DNA from: an uncultured Planctomycetia bacterium
GTDB taxonomy: Bacteria; Omnitrophota; Gorgyraeia; 1-14-0-20-64-10
Assembly (NCBI GenBank): GCA_964373715.1
Contig: CAYJVR010000004.1
Location: forward strand, 89,255 to 153,254
Reading direction: 5' to 3'
DNA: 64,000 bases
Below the pieces are notes generated by a model. That model worked only from the letters and a program-made list of their open reading frames with translations, was not told the DNA's origin and searched no databases. The position numbers and the translations under genes were made by a program. Shown piece by piece: positions 1-9,373 of this stretch. The stretch's first letter is position 1. Every line of letters starts with the position of its first letter.

Positions 1-269
1 GCATTGACAACCTCCCCCTGGTCCGGTACCGCTTTAAAGAAGAACAGGAAGAGCATCCTCAGCGGCTCGGGCTCATCGCCGAGTGGTCCCCCCAAGAAAT
101 CAAGCCTCTTGACGGCAAACAGATTGACGTCGGTTCTTACGTCACCTACTCGCTCGCCGGCATCAAATCGCTCTCCAATCAGGTCAAAAAACAGCAAGAG
201 CTTATCGAAAATCAACAAAGAGATCTCCAGGAACTGAAAAAAGAGCTTACCCGGCTTAAAACGAAATGA
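1..269 (+). CDS. 3' end of a secreted fibre-like protein carrying a C-terminal intramolecular chaperone (peptidase S74) domain; the start lies outside the window
   Basis: Frame 3 is open from nt 3 to TGA at 267-269 with no in-window start, so it is absent from the ORF track. It translates to ...IDNLPLVRYRFKEEQEEHPQRLGLIAEWSPQEIKPLDGKQIDVGSYVTYSLAGIKSL...QQELIENQQRDLQELKKELTRLKTK. This shares the RLGILxEEAP...VDxxxxxAxLIxAVKxQQxEIxxLxxEL pattern with the C-termini of ORFs 7622..9373, 9370..11133, 11130..12914 and 1271..2935. Confidence 0.6.
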   Translation, partial: IDNLPLVRYRFKEEQEEHPQRLGLIAEWSPQEIKPLDGKQIDVGSYVTYSLAGIKSLSNQVKKQQELIENQQRDLQELKKELTRLKTK

Positions 270-784
270 TCCGTCCGAGCCTTAAAGAAAATTTGATCCT
301 CCTCACGGCTGCGCTCTTTCTCTGCTTCCCCGCAACCGCTGCCGCAAAAGAAATCGATATTAAAGTGGAGGAGTCGCCGGCGAACGCGCTCGACATACAA
401 AAACAGGCGGGAAAAACCCTTGAAGAAATCCAGCGTAAAAACAAGGAGATGCAAAACAGAGAGATGGAGCGGCTGCAGCAGGATTATCCGGCCATTTATG
501 AATCGAGGAAAGTTGCCGACGCCAGACGCAATAAAATAAGCGCGATTGTCGCCGCCTTCCATCAGAATAAGACCTCCGCGCAGGAGGCGGAACAGAAGCT
601 GACCCCCCTAATGAGGGAAGAACTCAGCGAGCAAATCAGCCAGATGGGCCTAAAAATCTCGGCCTTGGAAAAACATCTGGCTTTTCTGAAAAAGGCCAAA
701 CAAGACCCCCATTTGTTGGTTGAAAAGAAGATCGATGAGCTCCTGGGGCTTACCCTGCCGACTCCTGAAGGGGGGACCTTTTAA
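266..784 (+). CDS. small secreted coiled-coil protein (hypothetical); start ATGA-overlaps the stop of the upstream S74-domain gene
   Basis: N-terminal signal-peptide-like hydrophobic stretch (LILLTAALFLCFPATAAA); the rest is charged, heptad-like, low-complexity sequence. Paralogous to the next ORF: the conserved C-terminal block KAKQDPHLLVEKKIDELLGLTLPTPEGG matches QARKNPNFFVKSKVDELLGKSLPNPED. Confidence 0.5.
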   Translation: MIRPSLKENLILLTAALFLCFPATAAAKEIDIKVEESPANALDIQKQAGKTLEEIQRKNKEMQNREMERLQQDYPAIYESRKVADARRNKISAIVAAFHQNKTSAQEAEQKLTPLMREELSEQISQMGLKISALEKHLAFLKKAKQDPHLLVEKKIDELLGLTLPTPEGGTF

Positions 785-785
785 G

Positions 786-1274
786 GTGGGCAAGCTATTG
801 CGGACTTATCTGCTTTTTGCAGTTCTTCTCATCTCTGTCCCTGCCGGCTTGAGCCTGGCGGCGGATGAACTCCCGACCCCGGAAAAAATACGGGACGATC
901 AGCAAAGAATGCGGCTTGAAATAGAAAAAGCTCGGTGGAAAGAACTGGAGGAGTTAAAGAAAACCTCCCCCGACGCTTATAAGGAGCAGAAAGCGGCCCT
1001 GACCAGGCAAGTGCAGATCAGCGATATCATCAACTCCTTTCATCAAATGACGATCTCCCAGCAAGAGGCGCGGCGAGCCTTGGCGCCGTTGGTCCAGCAG
1101 GAGATTAAGAATAATGTTCAGCTGTTGGACAAAAAGATTGAGATCTTACAGAAGAAGCTGGTTTTCTTGAAACAGGCGAGAAAAAATCCCAATTTTTTCG
1201 TCAAGAGCAAAGTGGATGAACTGTTGGGGAAATCGCTTCCAAATCCAGAGGATATGCTTCCGGATTTTTTTTAA
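786..1274 (+). CDS. small secreted coiled-coil protein, paralog of 266..784; a GTG start at 786 is preferred over the TTG at 720
   Basis: GTG at 786-788 lies 2 nt after the stop of the previous ORF and is preceded by the SD-like AAGGGGGGAC. From that start the N-terminus VGKLLRTYLLFAVLLISVPAGLSLAAD is a signal peptide. The 720 TTG start would overlap the previous gene by 65 nt. Confidence 0.5.
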   Translation: MGKLLRTYLLFAVLLISVPAGLSLAADELPTPEKIRDDQQRMRLEIEKARWKELEELKKTSPDAYKEQKAALTRQVQISDIINSFHQMTISQQEARRALAPLVQQEIKNNVQLLDKKIEILQKKLVFLKQARKNPNFFVKSKVDELLGKSLPNPEDMLPDFF

Positions 1275-2935
1275 GGGAGATTTTCCTTCTTCTCGAGAAC
1301 CTCGATCCGTTTCTTCAGAGACGTATTTTCGGCTTTGAGTTCTTTGACCGCCTGTAAAAGAACAGCGGTAAATTTCCCGTAATCCAGCCCTTTATACCCG
1401 TCGCTCGTATAAACAAGTTCCGGGAAAACCTTTTCGACATCCTGAGCAATCACGCCAATCTCTTTTCTTTCCGGCAATACAGGGTATCCTTTTGCCTTGT
1501 AGAGATCATTCCAATCGTAAGAAACACCCTCAATGGCGTCTATTTTCTGCAGAACACCGGTTAAAGGCTCAATGTGGCTCTTTAAACGAACATCCGACGG
1601 CGTAATAGTTCCCGACGCAAGGATGTTGCCTATGACATGCAGCTTCTCTGTCGGGCTGTCTGTCCCAAGCCCGACAAACTCGCCCGGTGTAATCGTGAAA
1701 GGAAATGACCAGCTGACACCGTTGTTGTAGGCAATCTGGAACTTATTCACAACGCCGGCCGCTTGTTTATGCGAAATCTGCCAGAACTTGTCGGTCGCCT
1801 CATCCGACACAAGGTTAAGGGCGGAAAAATTGTCCCCGTCCCCGGTCCCCCAAATGGATTGATATGCCGCGTCACCGTTTCGGTAGACCGTCAAAGCGGA
1901 GCCAGGATTCAAAAGCCCGATACCGACGTTTCCGTTACCCGCAATAGCCAATCGAACCGTCTGAAGGGTCGGCACAACGTCTCCGGTTCCACTCACGCTG
2001 CCGATGCCGGTATACATAAAGATGCCGGAGGCCCCAGTGCCTGTCGAAATACCGGAGGAGAGGACCAGGTTTCCCCCGTCCCTGTTCGTCGCCGCCACGG
2101 TGGTCCCGCCGGCCCTGACCGTCAGGTTGTTGCCTCCGGTGTTCGGGGCGGTATGCCGCTCCATCTGTATCATCCGGGTGTTATTACCGTTGATTCCAAT
2201 CGTAGCGGTGGCGTTGTATGCCCCTATCGCCAGCATGGGGACATCCAAAGAAATATTGGTTGAGTCTTGAAGGACAAACACCGGCTGCCATCCGCCGCCG
2301 GCGTTAAAATCGCGGTAGAGCACATGGAAATTATGCGATGCCGTCGCGCTCCTGTTATGGCCGATCTGCCAAATCTGGTCGTCCGCCTCAGATCCGACAA
2401 CTCCGAAATCGGCGTCGAGATTGATGGCGCAGTAGTTATCCGGATCCCCCACTCCGGTAGACCGGAGCCGCATGTAGAGGGCGTCATAAGGGCGCACGAT
2501 ATCCACGCCGGACAAAGGGGTGGCTGTCCCTATGCCGAAGTTCAAAGCCGGTCCCCCGGGTCCAGGAACATCGTTGCCCGGCATAAAGACCACCTGGCCT
2601 ATCCCATCATCCGGTCCGCGGACACGCAGGAGGTCTTCCGGCGTCCCAGGGGCGGTCAAAATGGAGCGGATGTCCAACAAACCGGCCGGAGTGCGGGTAC
2701 CCATCCCCACGCGCCCCTCCACGGCTAAACCGTTAGCCGGAACAGGCTGAGAATTGTAGCCGGCGCCGATGCCGGCGCTGTTGACGTAAAGAGGGTCCGG
2801 AAGGTCATTGCCGGTAGCCGGATAATAGGTAACGAACTCGAGGGTTTCAGCCCAGACAAGCCCGGCCATCAAACCGACTAAAAGGAACAGCGCAATTCCG
2901 TGTGTCCGCCATGTTTTGATGATCATTTGTGTCAC
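1271..2935 (-). CDS. secreted Gly-rich fibre-like protein with C-terminal intramolecular chaperone (peptidase S74, tail-fibre/endosialidase chaperone) domain
   Basis: Signal peptide (IALFLLVGLMAGLVWA). N-terminal motif FVTYYPATGNDLPDPLYV is shared with the three tandem paralogs. Central region has repetitive G-x-G-T motifs (GIGTATP, GMGTRTP, GLGTDSP). C-terminus PSDVRLKSHIEPLTGVLQKIDAIEGVSYDWND...GVIAQDVEKVFPELVYTSDGYKGLDYGKFTAVLLQAVKELKAENTSLKKRIEVLE matches the S74 signature SDxRLKxNI...Y.Y..-...IGFIAQEV...P. Its stop overlaps the stop of 786..1274 in a convergent TTAA. Confidence 0.7.
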   Translation of the reverse strand: MTQMIIKTWRTHGIALFLLVGLMAGLVWAETLEFVTYYPATGNDLPDPLYVNSAGIGAGYNSQPVPANGLAVEGRVGMGTRTPAGLLDIRSILTAPGTPEDLLRVRGPDDGIGQVVFMPGNDVPGPGGPALNFGIGTATPLSGVDIVRPYDALYMRLRSTGVGDPDNYCAINLDADFGVVGSEADDQIWQIGHNRSATASHNFHVLYRDFNAGGGWQPVFVLQDSTNISLDVPMLAIGAYNATATIGINGNNTRMIQMERHTAPNTGGNNLTVRAGGTTVAATNRDGGNLVLSSGISTGTGASGIFMYTGIGSVSGTGDVVPTLQTVRLAIAGNGNVGIGLLNPGSALTVYRNGDAAYQSIWGTGDGDNFSALNLVSDEATDKFWQISHKQAAGVVNKFQIAYNNGVSWSFPFTITPGEFVGLGTDSPTEKLHVIGNILASGTITPSDVRLKSHIEPLTGVLQKIDAIEGVSYDWNDLYKAKGYPVLPERKEIGVIAQDVEKVFPELVYTSDGYKGLDYGKFTAVLLQAVKELKAENTSLKKRIEVLEKKENLP

Positions 2936-3055
2936 AAAATCTCTCTTAATAATAGGTTACCATTAAATAGAACTCTTTTCTTCCGGTGTAAACTTGGCCT
3001 TTAATAAAAGTATACAATAAGTTCGACTCCTTTTTCCAGTCAAAATTGTTCTATT
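2936..3055 (-). promoter_or_regulatory. AT-rich intergenic region, putative promoter for the 1271..2935 fibre gene
   Basis: A 120-nt AT-rich island in a GC-rich genome, immediately upstream of the start at 2935 and downstream of the end of sucD. It contains AAAAGTATAC, which also occurs upstream of the pilin operon at ~14676. Confidence 0.3.
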
Positions 3056-3961
3056 TTATACCCTGGCCCTGACCCGAGCCTCTTCCAGAACCCGGGCAAG
3101 GGTTTCGCCGATAGAGGAAGGATTCTTGGAGATGGCCACGCCGGCCTTGCTGAGGGCTTGAACCTTGGAAGCATGCGTTCCCTGCCCCTGGGCAATGACG
3201 GCGCCTGCATGGCCCATTCTCTTTTCGGGCGGAGCGGTGGCCCCTGAGATAAAAGCAGCCACCGGTTTGGTGACAGACTCCTTAATATAAGCCGCTGCTT
3301 CTTCTTCAGAGGAACCGCCGATTTCACCGATCATCACAATCGCCTGCGTGTCGGGGTCAGCTTGAAACCTCTTGAGGATATCCACAAACCCGGAGCCGGG
3401 AACCGAGTCTCCCCCGATCCCGACGCAAGTGGACTGCCCTAACCCGAGGTTCGTCAGCTGCCATACCGCCTCGTAGGTGAGCGTCCCGGAACGTGAAACA
3501 AGGCCGATCGAGCCCGGCCGGTGGATGTAGCCTGGCATAATGCCGATCTTGCACTGTCCCGGCGTGATCACGCCGGGACAGTTCGGCCCGATGATAACGG
3601 GCCTGGTTTTCTGCTCGATCGAAGAGAGGAATCTCTTGACCTTGACCATATCGAGCGCCGGGATCCCCTCGGTGATCACGACGATGAGCGGTATCCGGGA
3701 ATCCACCGCCTCGTAGATGGCGTCTGCACCGAAGGGAGCCGGCACGAAAACCCCGGTGGCGTTCGCCCCGGTCTTCGACACGGCCTCAGCCACCGTGTCG
3801 AAGATCGGGATCCCCTCCCATTTGGTGCCTCCCCGGCCCGGTGTCACTCCGCCGACAACCTGGGTGCCGTACGCCTTCATCTGCGCGGTGTGGAACAAAC
3901 CTGCTTTTCCGGTGATTCCTTGGACGATAACGCGCGTCGCTTTATCCAGCAGAATGCTCAC
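3056..3961 (-). CDS. sucD: succinyl-CoA synthetase alpha subunit
   Basis: The conserved N-terminus [33 protein letters not shown] and CoA-ligase motifs are present. A GTG start at 3961 is inferred from homology; the ORF-track extension to 4048 is non-homologous. Confidence 0.85.
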   Translation of the reverse strand: MSILLDKATRVIVQGITGKAGLFHTAQMKAYGTQVVGGVTPGRGGTKWEGIPIFDTVAEAVSKTGANATGVFVPAPFGADAIYEAVDSRIPLIVVITEGIPALDMVKVKRFLSSIEQKTRPVIIGPNCPGVITPGQCKIGIMPGYIHRPGSIGLVSRSGTLTYEAVWQLTNLGLGQSTCVGIGGDSVPGSGFVDILKRFQADPDTQAIVMIGEIGGSSEEEAAAYIKESVTKPVAAFISGATAPPEKRMGHAGAVIAQGQGTHASKVQALSKAGVAISKNPSSIGETLARVLEEARVRARV

Positions 3962-3998
3962 CCCACCACCCCACCAATTTTTCCACCAAATGGTGGGG

Positions 3999-5210
3999 TC
4001 ACCGCCGGACCCCTTTCGCGGCCGCTTTGCCGTTCGTCCGCGCGGCAAATCCCTGCGCGGCTTTCACCGCCTCCGCGGCCGCCTTATCGAGGGTGGACGC
4101 CATTATAAAACCGAGCCCGGACTCTTCGAGGATCTTCCGGCCTGCATCAACATTGGTCCCTTCCAGCCGGACAACAAGCGGAACCTTGATTTTGATCGTA
4201 CGCGCGGCCTGCACGATCCCCTGAGCGATAACGTCGCATTTCATGATCCCGCCGAAGATGTTGACCAAAACAGCCTTGACGTTCGAGTCGGCCAAAATCA
4301 ATTTAAAAGCCTCCCGCACCTGGTTGACGTCGGCCCCACCACCCACATCGAGAAAATTGGCCGGCTCGCCGCCGTGGAGCTTGATCACGTCCATCGTCGC
4401 CATCGCCAACCCGGCGCCGTTGACCATACAGCCTATTGAACCGGAAAGAGAGACATAGCTGATGCCTATCTCTCTCGATCGGGCTTCCATCGGGCTGTCC
4501 GCGTCGGCGGTTTTAAGTTTGAGAAGATCCGGGTGCCGGTAGAGCGCGTTGTCATCCACCGTCAGCTTGCCGTCGAGCGCCACCATGCCCTTTTCCTTCG
4601 TGAGCGCCCACGGATTCACCTCGACAAGCGAGGCGTCCAGCGAGAAAAAACCCTTCGCGATCGCCAGCAGCTGTTTCACCGCGGCCGTCTGCTGGTCGGC
4701 CGGAATCCCGAGCCAGGCCACAATCTGCCGAGCCTGATAGGGCTGGAGCCCGAGCAGTGGATCGAACGGCGTCTTCAAAATGGCGGAGGGGTTCTCCTTC
4801 GCCAGCTCTTCGATCGTCACGCCCCCTTCACGGGCCGCGACGACGATCGGCAGCTGCTTGGACCGGTCCAGCAGGACCGACACGTAAAACTCCTTGAGGA
4901 TCGTCACCCCCTGCTCGACCAGCAGCGCCTTGACCGGCACCCCGTCGGGACCCGTCTGGGCGGTGACAAGCCTCTTGCCCAACAGCTTTTTAGCGGTCTG
5001 TTTCGCTTCGGCGAGATTCTTCACTTTCACGATCCCGCCCGCCTTGCCGCGGCCGCCGGCGTAAACCTGGACCTTCAGGACAACCGGGTATTTGCCGGCC
5101 TTCTTGACCGCGGCCGCCACCTGCGGGGCCTTAAATAAAACAGCCCCTTGGGGGGTGGGAACCCCCCACGAGGCCAGGTACTTCTTCGCTTGGTATTCGA
5201 GGAACCGCAT
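3999..5210 (-). CDS. sucC: succinyl-CoA synthetase beta subunit (ATP-grasp)
   Basis: [24 protein letters not shown]... matches the typical SucC N-terminus, and [15 protein letters not shown] is the ligase-CoA motif. Confidence 0.9.
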   Translation of the reverse strand: MRFLEYQAKKYLASWGVPTPQGAVLFKAPQVAAAVKKAGKYPVVLKVQVYAGGRGKAGGIVKVKNLAEAKQTAKKLLGKRLVTAQTGPDGVPVKALLVEQGVTILKEFYVSVLLDRSKQLPIVVAAREGGVTIEELAKENPSAILKTPFDPLLGLQPYQARQIVAWLGIPADQQTAAVKQLLAIAKGFFSLDASLVEVNPWALTKEKGMVALDGKLTVDDNALYRHPDLLKLKTADADSPMEARSREIGISYVSLSGSIGCMVNGAGLAMATMDVIKLHGGEPANFLDVGGGADVNQVREAFKLILADSNVKAVLVNIFGGIMKCDVIAQGIVQAARTIKIKVPLVVRLEGTNVDAGRKILEESGLGFIMASTLDKAAAEAVKAAQGFAARTNGKAAAKGVRR

Positions 5211-6167
5211 TTACGTGACCTGGAGAGCTCCCCCTTTGAGGAAAATGTCGAGAGCCTCCATCTCCTTCTTCACCGCTTCCGCGGAAGCGGCCAGCGCGGC
5301 CTTCTCCTCGGAAGAGAGGCTTACCTCCACGATCTTTTCGACTCCCTTGGAACCCAGCAGAACCGGCACGCCGCAGAAGACGTTCTTGAGTCCGTACTGC
5401 CCGTTCAGATAAACGCAGGAAGGCAAAAGCCTCTTCTCGTCGTTCAGGATCGCCTGCGCCATGTCGGCCGCCGAACTGGCCGGCGCGTAGAAAGCCGAGC
5501 CTGTCTTCAACAGCTTGACCACCTCGGCGCCCCCGTAGCGGGTCCGCTGGATCAGCTGCTGCAGCTCGGCGGCGGGAATAAGCTGGGTAACCGGGATCCC
5601 GGCGACCGTCGTGCAACTGGGCACCGGGACCATACTGTCGCCGTGGCCGCCCAATACCAGCGCCTGGACCTCCCGGACGGAAACCTTCAGTTTCTCAGCG
5701 ATAAAGAACCGGAACCGGGCAGAATCGAGCACCCCCGCCATACCCAGCACTCGGCGCTCTTCCCAGCCGATCAGGCGCCAGGCGCAATAGGTCATGATAT
5801 CCAGCGGATTGGTCACCATGATAAGAACAGCGTTCGGGGCGTGATTCTTCACCTGGGGAATGATCGAGGAAACAATCTTGGCGTTCGCTTCGAGAAGGTC
5901 GGAACGGGACATCCCCGGCTTGCGAGCCAAACCGGCCGTCACGACGACGACTTGGGCGCCGCTTATGACGTTGTAATCGGTCGAACCGACCACCGCGCAA
6001 TCATGATTCTCCAGCGGGGCCGCTTCCGCCAGGTCAAGAGCTTTCCCGGCGGCCAGGCCGTCGGCGACATCCACCAGAGCGACATCGGCAAGCCCCCGCT
6101 CCAAAATCCTCTGGGCGCAGGTGGCACCCACGTTCCCCGCACCAATCACAGCGACTTTTCGACGCAT
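5211..6167 (-). CDS. mdh: malate dehydrogenase (LDH-like MDH family)
   Basis: Rossmann motif VAVIGAGNVGATCA, the IMVTNPLDIMTY stretch and the GGHGDSMVPV motif characteristic of NAD-MDH of the LDH-like type. Confidence 0.9.
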   Translation of the reverse strand: MRRKVAVIGAGNVGATCAQRILERGLADVALVDVADGLAAGKALDLAEAAPLENHDCAVVGSTDYNVISGAQVVVVTAGLARKPGMSRSDLLEANAKIVSSIIPQVKNHAPNAVLIMVTNPLDIMTYCAWRLIGWEERRVLGMAGVLDSARFRFFIAEKLKVSVREVQALVLGGHGDSMVPVPSCTTVAGIPVTQLIPAAELQQLIQRTRYGGAEVVKLLKTGSAFYAPASSAADMAQAILNDEKRLLPSCVYLNGQYGLKNVFCGVPVLLGSKGVEKIVEVSLSSEEKAALAASAEAVKKEMEALDIFLKGGALQVT

Positions 6168-6191
6168 GAAAGTGCCTTTCAGGAGAGACCG

Positions 6192-7535
6192 TCAGCCGCG
6201 ATGGGCCAACGGAACGTAGGACCGCTCCGTCGAGCCGGTGTAAATCTGGCGGGGCCGGTAAATCCTAAAACTCGGAGACTCCAACATCTCTTTCCAGTGG
6301 GCCAGCCAGCCGGCGCTGCGGCCGATCGCGAAAATAACCGTAAACTGCTCCGTGGGGATGCCTATCGCCCGCAGTATGATGCCGCTGTAAAAATCCACGT
6401 TCGGATAAAGTTTCCGGGAGACGAAGTAATCGTCCTTGAGGGCCGCCTCCTCGAGGCGCTTGGCCAGATCCAGAAGAGGATCCTTAATCCCGAGACGGCT
6501 GAGCACCTTATCGCAAGCCGTTTTGATGATCTTGGAACGGGGATCGAAGTTCTTGTAGACCCGGTGGCCGAAACCCATCAGCCGGAAACCGGAATTCTTG
6601 TCCTTCGCCATCGCCAAATACTTGCTGAAATCTCCCCCGTCCCGGTGGATCGCCTCCAGCATTTCAATCACCGCCTGGTTCGCCCCTCCGTGCAGCGGGC
6701 CCCACAGAGCCCCGATTCCGGCCGAGATAGCGGCGAAAGCGTTCGCGCGGGAAGAGCCGACGACCCGGACGGTCGAAGTGCTGCAGTTCTGCTCGTGGTC
6801 GGCATGCAGTATGAACATCTGCCTCATCGCTTGGACAAGCACCTCATCCGGGCCTCCGTTGCCGCCGGTGGGGCCGAACGTCATGTAAAGATAATTCGCG
6901 ATCAGGGACAGGTCCCTTTTCGGCGGTATGTAACCGAGCCCTTTGCTGCGGCGGTAGCTGTAAGCGGCGATAGTCGGCATCTGGGCCAGGAGGGTTAAGA
7001 TCACCTCATCCATCTCTTCCCGCGTTGGGTTCGGGTTGGTCAAGACCGGGTAGTAGCCGGACAAGGCGGAAACAGCGGCCGAGAGGGCCGCCATCGGGTG
7101 AACCCCCTTGGGCAGATCGTTTAAAAACCGCTCCATCCCTTCCGGAAGAGAGGACTTCTCCGCCAGGCGGCTCTGGAAATGCTCCAGTTCCCGCTTCGAG
7201 GGCAGTTCCCCGTAGATCAGCAGGTAGGCGACCTCGGAATAGGTGGCATTCTCGGCCAGTTCCTCGATCGAATAGCCCCGGTACCGCAGAACACCCCTCT
7301 CCCCATCGAGAAATGTGACGGCGCTGGTGCAGGCGCCCGTGTTGCCGTAGCCCAGATCAAGCGTCACGTAGCCGGTCTGGTCGCGCAGTTTGCTGATATC
7401 AACGCCCTTTTCCTGCTCCGTGCCGGAAACAACCGGAAAATCCAATGTTTTTCCGCCCACGGTTAAGCGGGCGGTTTCAGAAGGAGAGTGATTCACGTTC
7501 CGAACCTCTTGGGTTTCTGTAGAGTGCCGATTCAT
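6192..7535 (-). CDS. gltA: citrate synthase
   Basis: HADHEQNCSTSTVRVVGSS and GPLHGGANQAVIEMLEAI are citrate synthase signature regions. Confidence 0.9.
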   Translation of the reverse strand: MNRHSTETQEVRNVNHSPSETARLTVGGKTLDFPVVSGTEQEKGVDISKLRDQTGYVTLDLGYGNTGACTSAVTFLDGERGVLRYRGYSIEELAENATYSEVAYLLIYGELPSKRELEHFQSRLAEKSSLPEGMERFLNDLPKGVHPMAALSAAVSALSGYYPVLTNPNPTREEMDEVILTLLAQMPTIAAYSYRRSKGLGYIPPKRDLSLIANYLYMTFGPTGGNGGPDEVLVQAMRQMFILHADHEQNCSTSTVRVVGSSRANAFAAISAGIGALWGPLHGGANQAVIEMLEAIHRDGGDFSKYLAMAKDKNSGFRLMGFGHRVYKNFDPRSKIIKTACDKVLSRLGIKDPLLDLAKRLEEAALKDDYFVSRKLYPNVDFYSGIILRAIGIPTEQFTVIFAIGRSAGWLAHWKEMLESPSFRIYRPRQIYTGSTERSYVPLAHRG

Positions 7536-7621
7536 GGTTATCGGGAATAAATAAAAGACCGCGAAAAGAAGCTTATTTTACCGTAACGGCGGGAACCGCG
7601 CAAACGATTTATTGCGGGGAG

Positions 7622-9373
7622 TTACTTCCTCAGCTCTTCCAGTTCCGACCGGAGAGCGTTTATCTCCACCTGCTGCGCCTTCACGGCGGCCAAGAGGGCG
7701 GCCAAAGAATCGCCCTGCACAATTCCCTGCCCGGAGTCGTCCACCATCTCAGCAGGCGCTTCTTCGGTGAGGATCCCCAGCCTGTGCGCTTTCGCGTGAT
7801 CTCCGCTCTTTAAACGAAAATGGTAAAGAGAAACCGACAAGAGCTTCTCCAGAATGGCCTGCTCTTCCGGGAGGGTCAACGGAACCAGATCTGTTTTTAC
7901 CTGGACCGTCGAGTTATCGAACGTCGCTCCGACTCCCTCAGCCCGTGCGTCTCCGTTGATTTTGACGACCTCCGCGGCTCCAATCGCAGCCGTCACCCCA
8001 AAAAACGCCCCGTCCTGATAAAAAGCCCCCTGGATAGGCGACGCGGCACTCCTGTTGCTCGACCTAATATTTACCGTGAGGGTAGACGGATAAGGATTGC
8101 CCGCGGCGTCCCGGACCGCCGAGTACCCGAAACCAACCCGCCCCCCCTCGAGTTCAATGTAAGCAGGAACACCTCCCTCTGAAGAGGTACCTGCTCTTCC
8201 CAAGCGCAGTATGGGACCGGTCGTAAACATCTGATAAACTGGGTTCGCGGCAGGAGAGGAGTTGACGGTGACCGTCGTCCCGTAAAAAGACGGCGGTCCG
8301 GTTGCGCTATCCACAAGATGCATCATCGCCCTTGGGGCGATTGTCTTCACACCCACGGTTCCGTTAAATATAGCGTTGGCCGCTGCGACCCTCAAGCGGG
8401 CGTTGGTGGTAGTCGTGGTGTTAATTGCCGCGTACCCATCGTTCCGCATCCGGAACCGGACGGTGGCAGGCGTTCCGCCGCCGGTGGTATCCATCATAAC
8501 CTGGAATTCGCCGGCTGCCAAAACAGCATTCCCCTCATTGAGCAGGTTAAACGGCCGGCCGCCTGCTGAGGGGGTAAACCGGATCACCCCTCCGGTGAGG
8601 AAGCCAACGCCGCCATTCTCAGACGGGCCCACATCCAGCTGGGCCAGAGGGTCCGCGAAACCACCGTTAGCGGCTCCTTCAAAAAATATTCCCACGCTTC
8701 CATTGTTCAGAACCCGTATCTTTTCACCCGCTGTACCCGTGCCACCGGGGGGAATACGGGTGCTCAACTGTAATTTTCCGGAACTGTTCTCCAGCGTGAA
8801 GCGAGTATGGTCCGGGTTCGCTCCGTTGAGGGCGCCGGCCCAAAAAACATTGCCCCCCGCATTGAGTCCATCCTTGGGGCCGATCTCCAGAGGAGCCAGC
8901 GGATCCCTGACGCCGGTATCCTCCGAAAAAATCCCCACGCGGCCGGTGTTTAAAACCCGCATCCGTTCGCTCGACCCAGCCGCGGTCTGCACGATAAGGC
9001 GCAGCTGCATCGTATTGTTCTCGAAATAGCGCCACCGGTTGGCCCCTGCCCCGAGTAAACGCACCGCACCGCCCAAGTTGACCGCGTCCCGCGGACCGGC
9101 ATCCAGCGGCACGGCCGGAGCGGCCACATTGACCCCCACCGACCCCGCGACGATCGCGGAATCGGCGGGAGGATCAATCGCCGCGTACGGAGCACCGACG
9201 GTCAAACGCCTGACATGGAACGGATCCGGGATGTTCCCGTTGGTCGGGTAATACTCGATCATATCCACTTGGGTCTGCTCGGCCCACGCGGCCGGACAAA
9301 TCAGGCTGAGCAAGGCCCCCAGGGTAAAAAGGAAACGTCCTCCTTTTCTTCCGTACGAGAACTTTTTCATCAC
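7622..9373 (-). CDS. secreted fibre-like protein with C-terminal S74 intramolecular chaperone domain (tandem paralog 3 of 3)
   Basis: Signal peptide LFTLGALLSLICPAAWA. N-terminal motif MIEYYPTNGNIPDPFHVRRLTVG is conserved in all paralogs. The central region is Gly-rich and repetitive. C-terminus VKTDLVPLTLPEEQAILEKLLSVSLYHFRLKSGDHAKAHRLGILTEEAPAEMVDDSGQGIVQGDSLAALLAAVKAQQVEINALRSELEELRK is an S74-like chaperone domain. The start overlaps the upstream gene by 4 nt. Confidence 0.75.
   Translation of the reverse strand: MMKKFSYGRKGGRFLFTLGALLSLICPAAWAEQTQVDMIEYYPTNGNIPDPFHVRRLTVGAPYAAIDPPADSAIVAGSVGVNVAAPAVPLDAGPRDAVNLGGAVRLLGAGANRWRYFENNTMQLRLIVQTAAGSSERMRVLNTGRVGIFSEDTGVRDPLAPLEIGPKDGLNAGGNVFWAGALNGANPDHTRFTLENSSGKLQLSTRIPPGGTGTAGEKIRVLNNGSVGIFFEGAANGGFADPLAQLDVGPSENGGVGFLTGGVIRFTPSAGGRPFNLLNEGNAVLAAGEFQVMMDTTGGGTPATVRFRMRNDGYAAINTTTTTNARLRVAAANAIFNGTVGVKTIAPRAMMHLVDSATGPPSFYGTTVTVNSSPAANPVYQMFTTGPILRLGRAGTSSEGGVPAYIELEGGRVGFGYSAVRDAAGNPYPSTLTVNIRSSNRSAASPIQGAFYQDGAFFGVTAAIGAAEVVKINGDARAEGVGATFDNSTVQVKTDLVPLTLPEEQAILEKLLSVSLYHFRLKSGDHAKAHRLGILTEEAPAEMVDDSGQGIVQGDSLAALLAAVKAQQVEINALRSELEELRK

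Noticed and set aside
4-237. 77-aa plus-strand ORF at the window start, listed in the ORF track.
   Set aside because: It is the wrong frame. Frame 3, open from the window edge to TGA 267-269, encodes a clear S74 chaperone-domain C-terminus. The ATG-started frame is Ser/Pro-rich low complexity.
5148-6998. 616-aa plus-strand ORF overlapping mdh and gltA on the opposite strand. Many similar long antisense ORFs appear elsewhere (3521..4108, 4533..5138, 10318..11019, 35416..36258, 53896..55308).
   Set aside because: They lie entirely inside strongly supported conserved genes on the other strand. Their composition is Arg/Pro/Gly-rich low-complexity, typical of antisense frames in high-GC DNA, and there is no homology signal.
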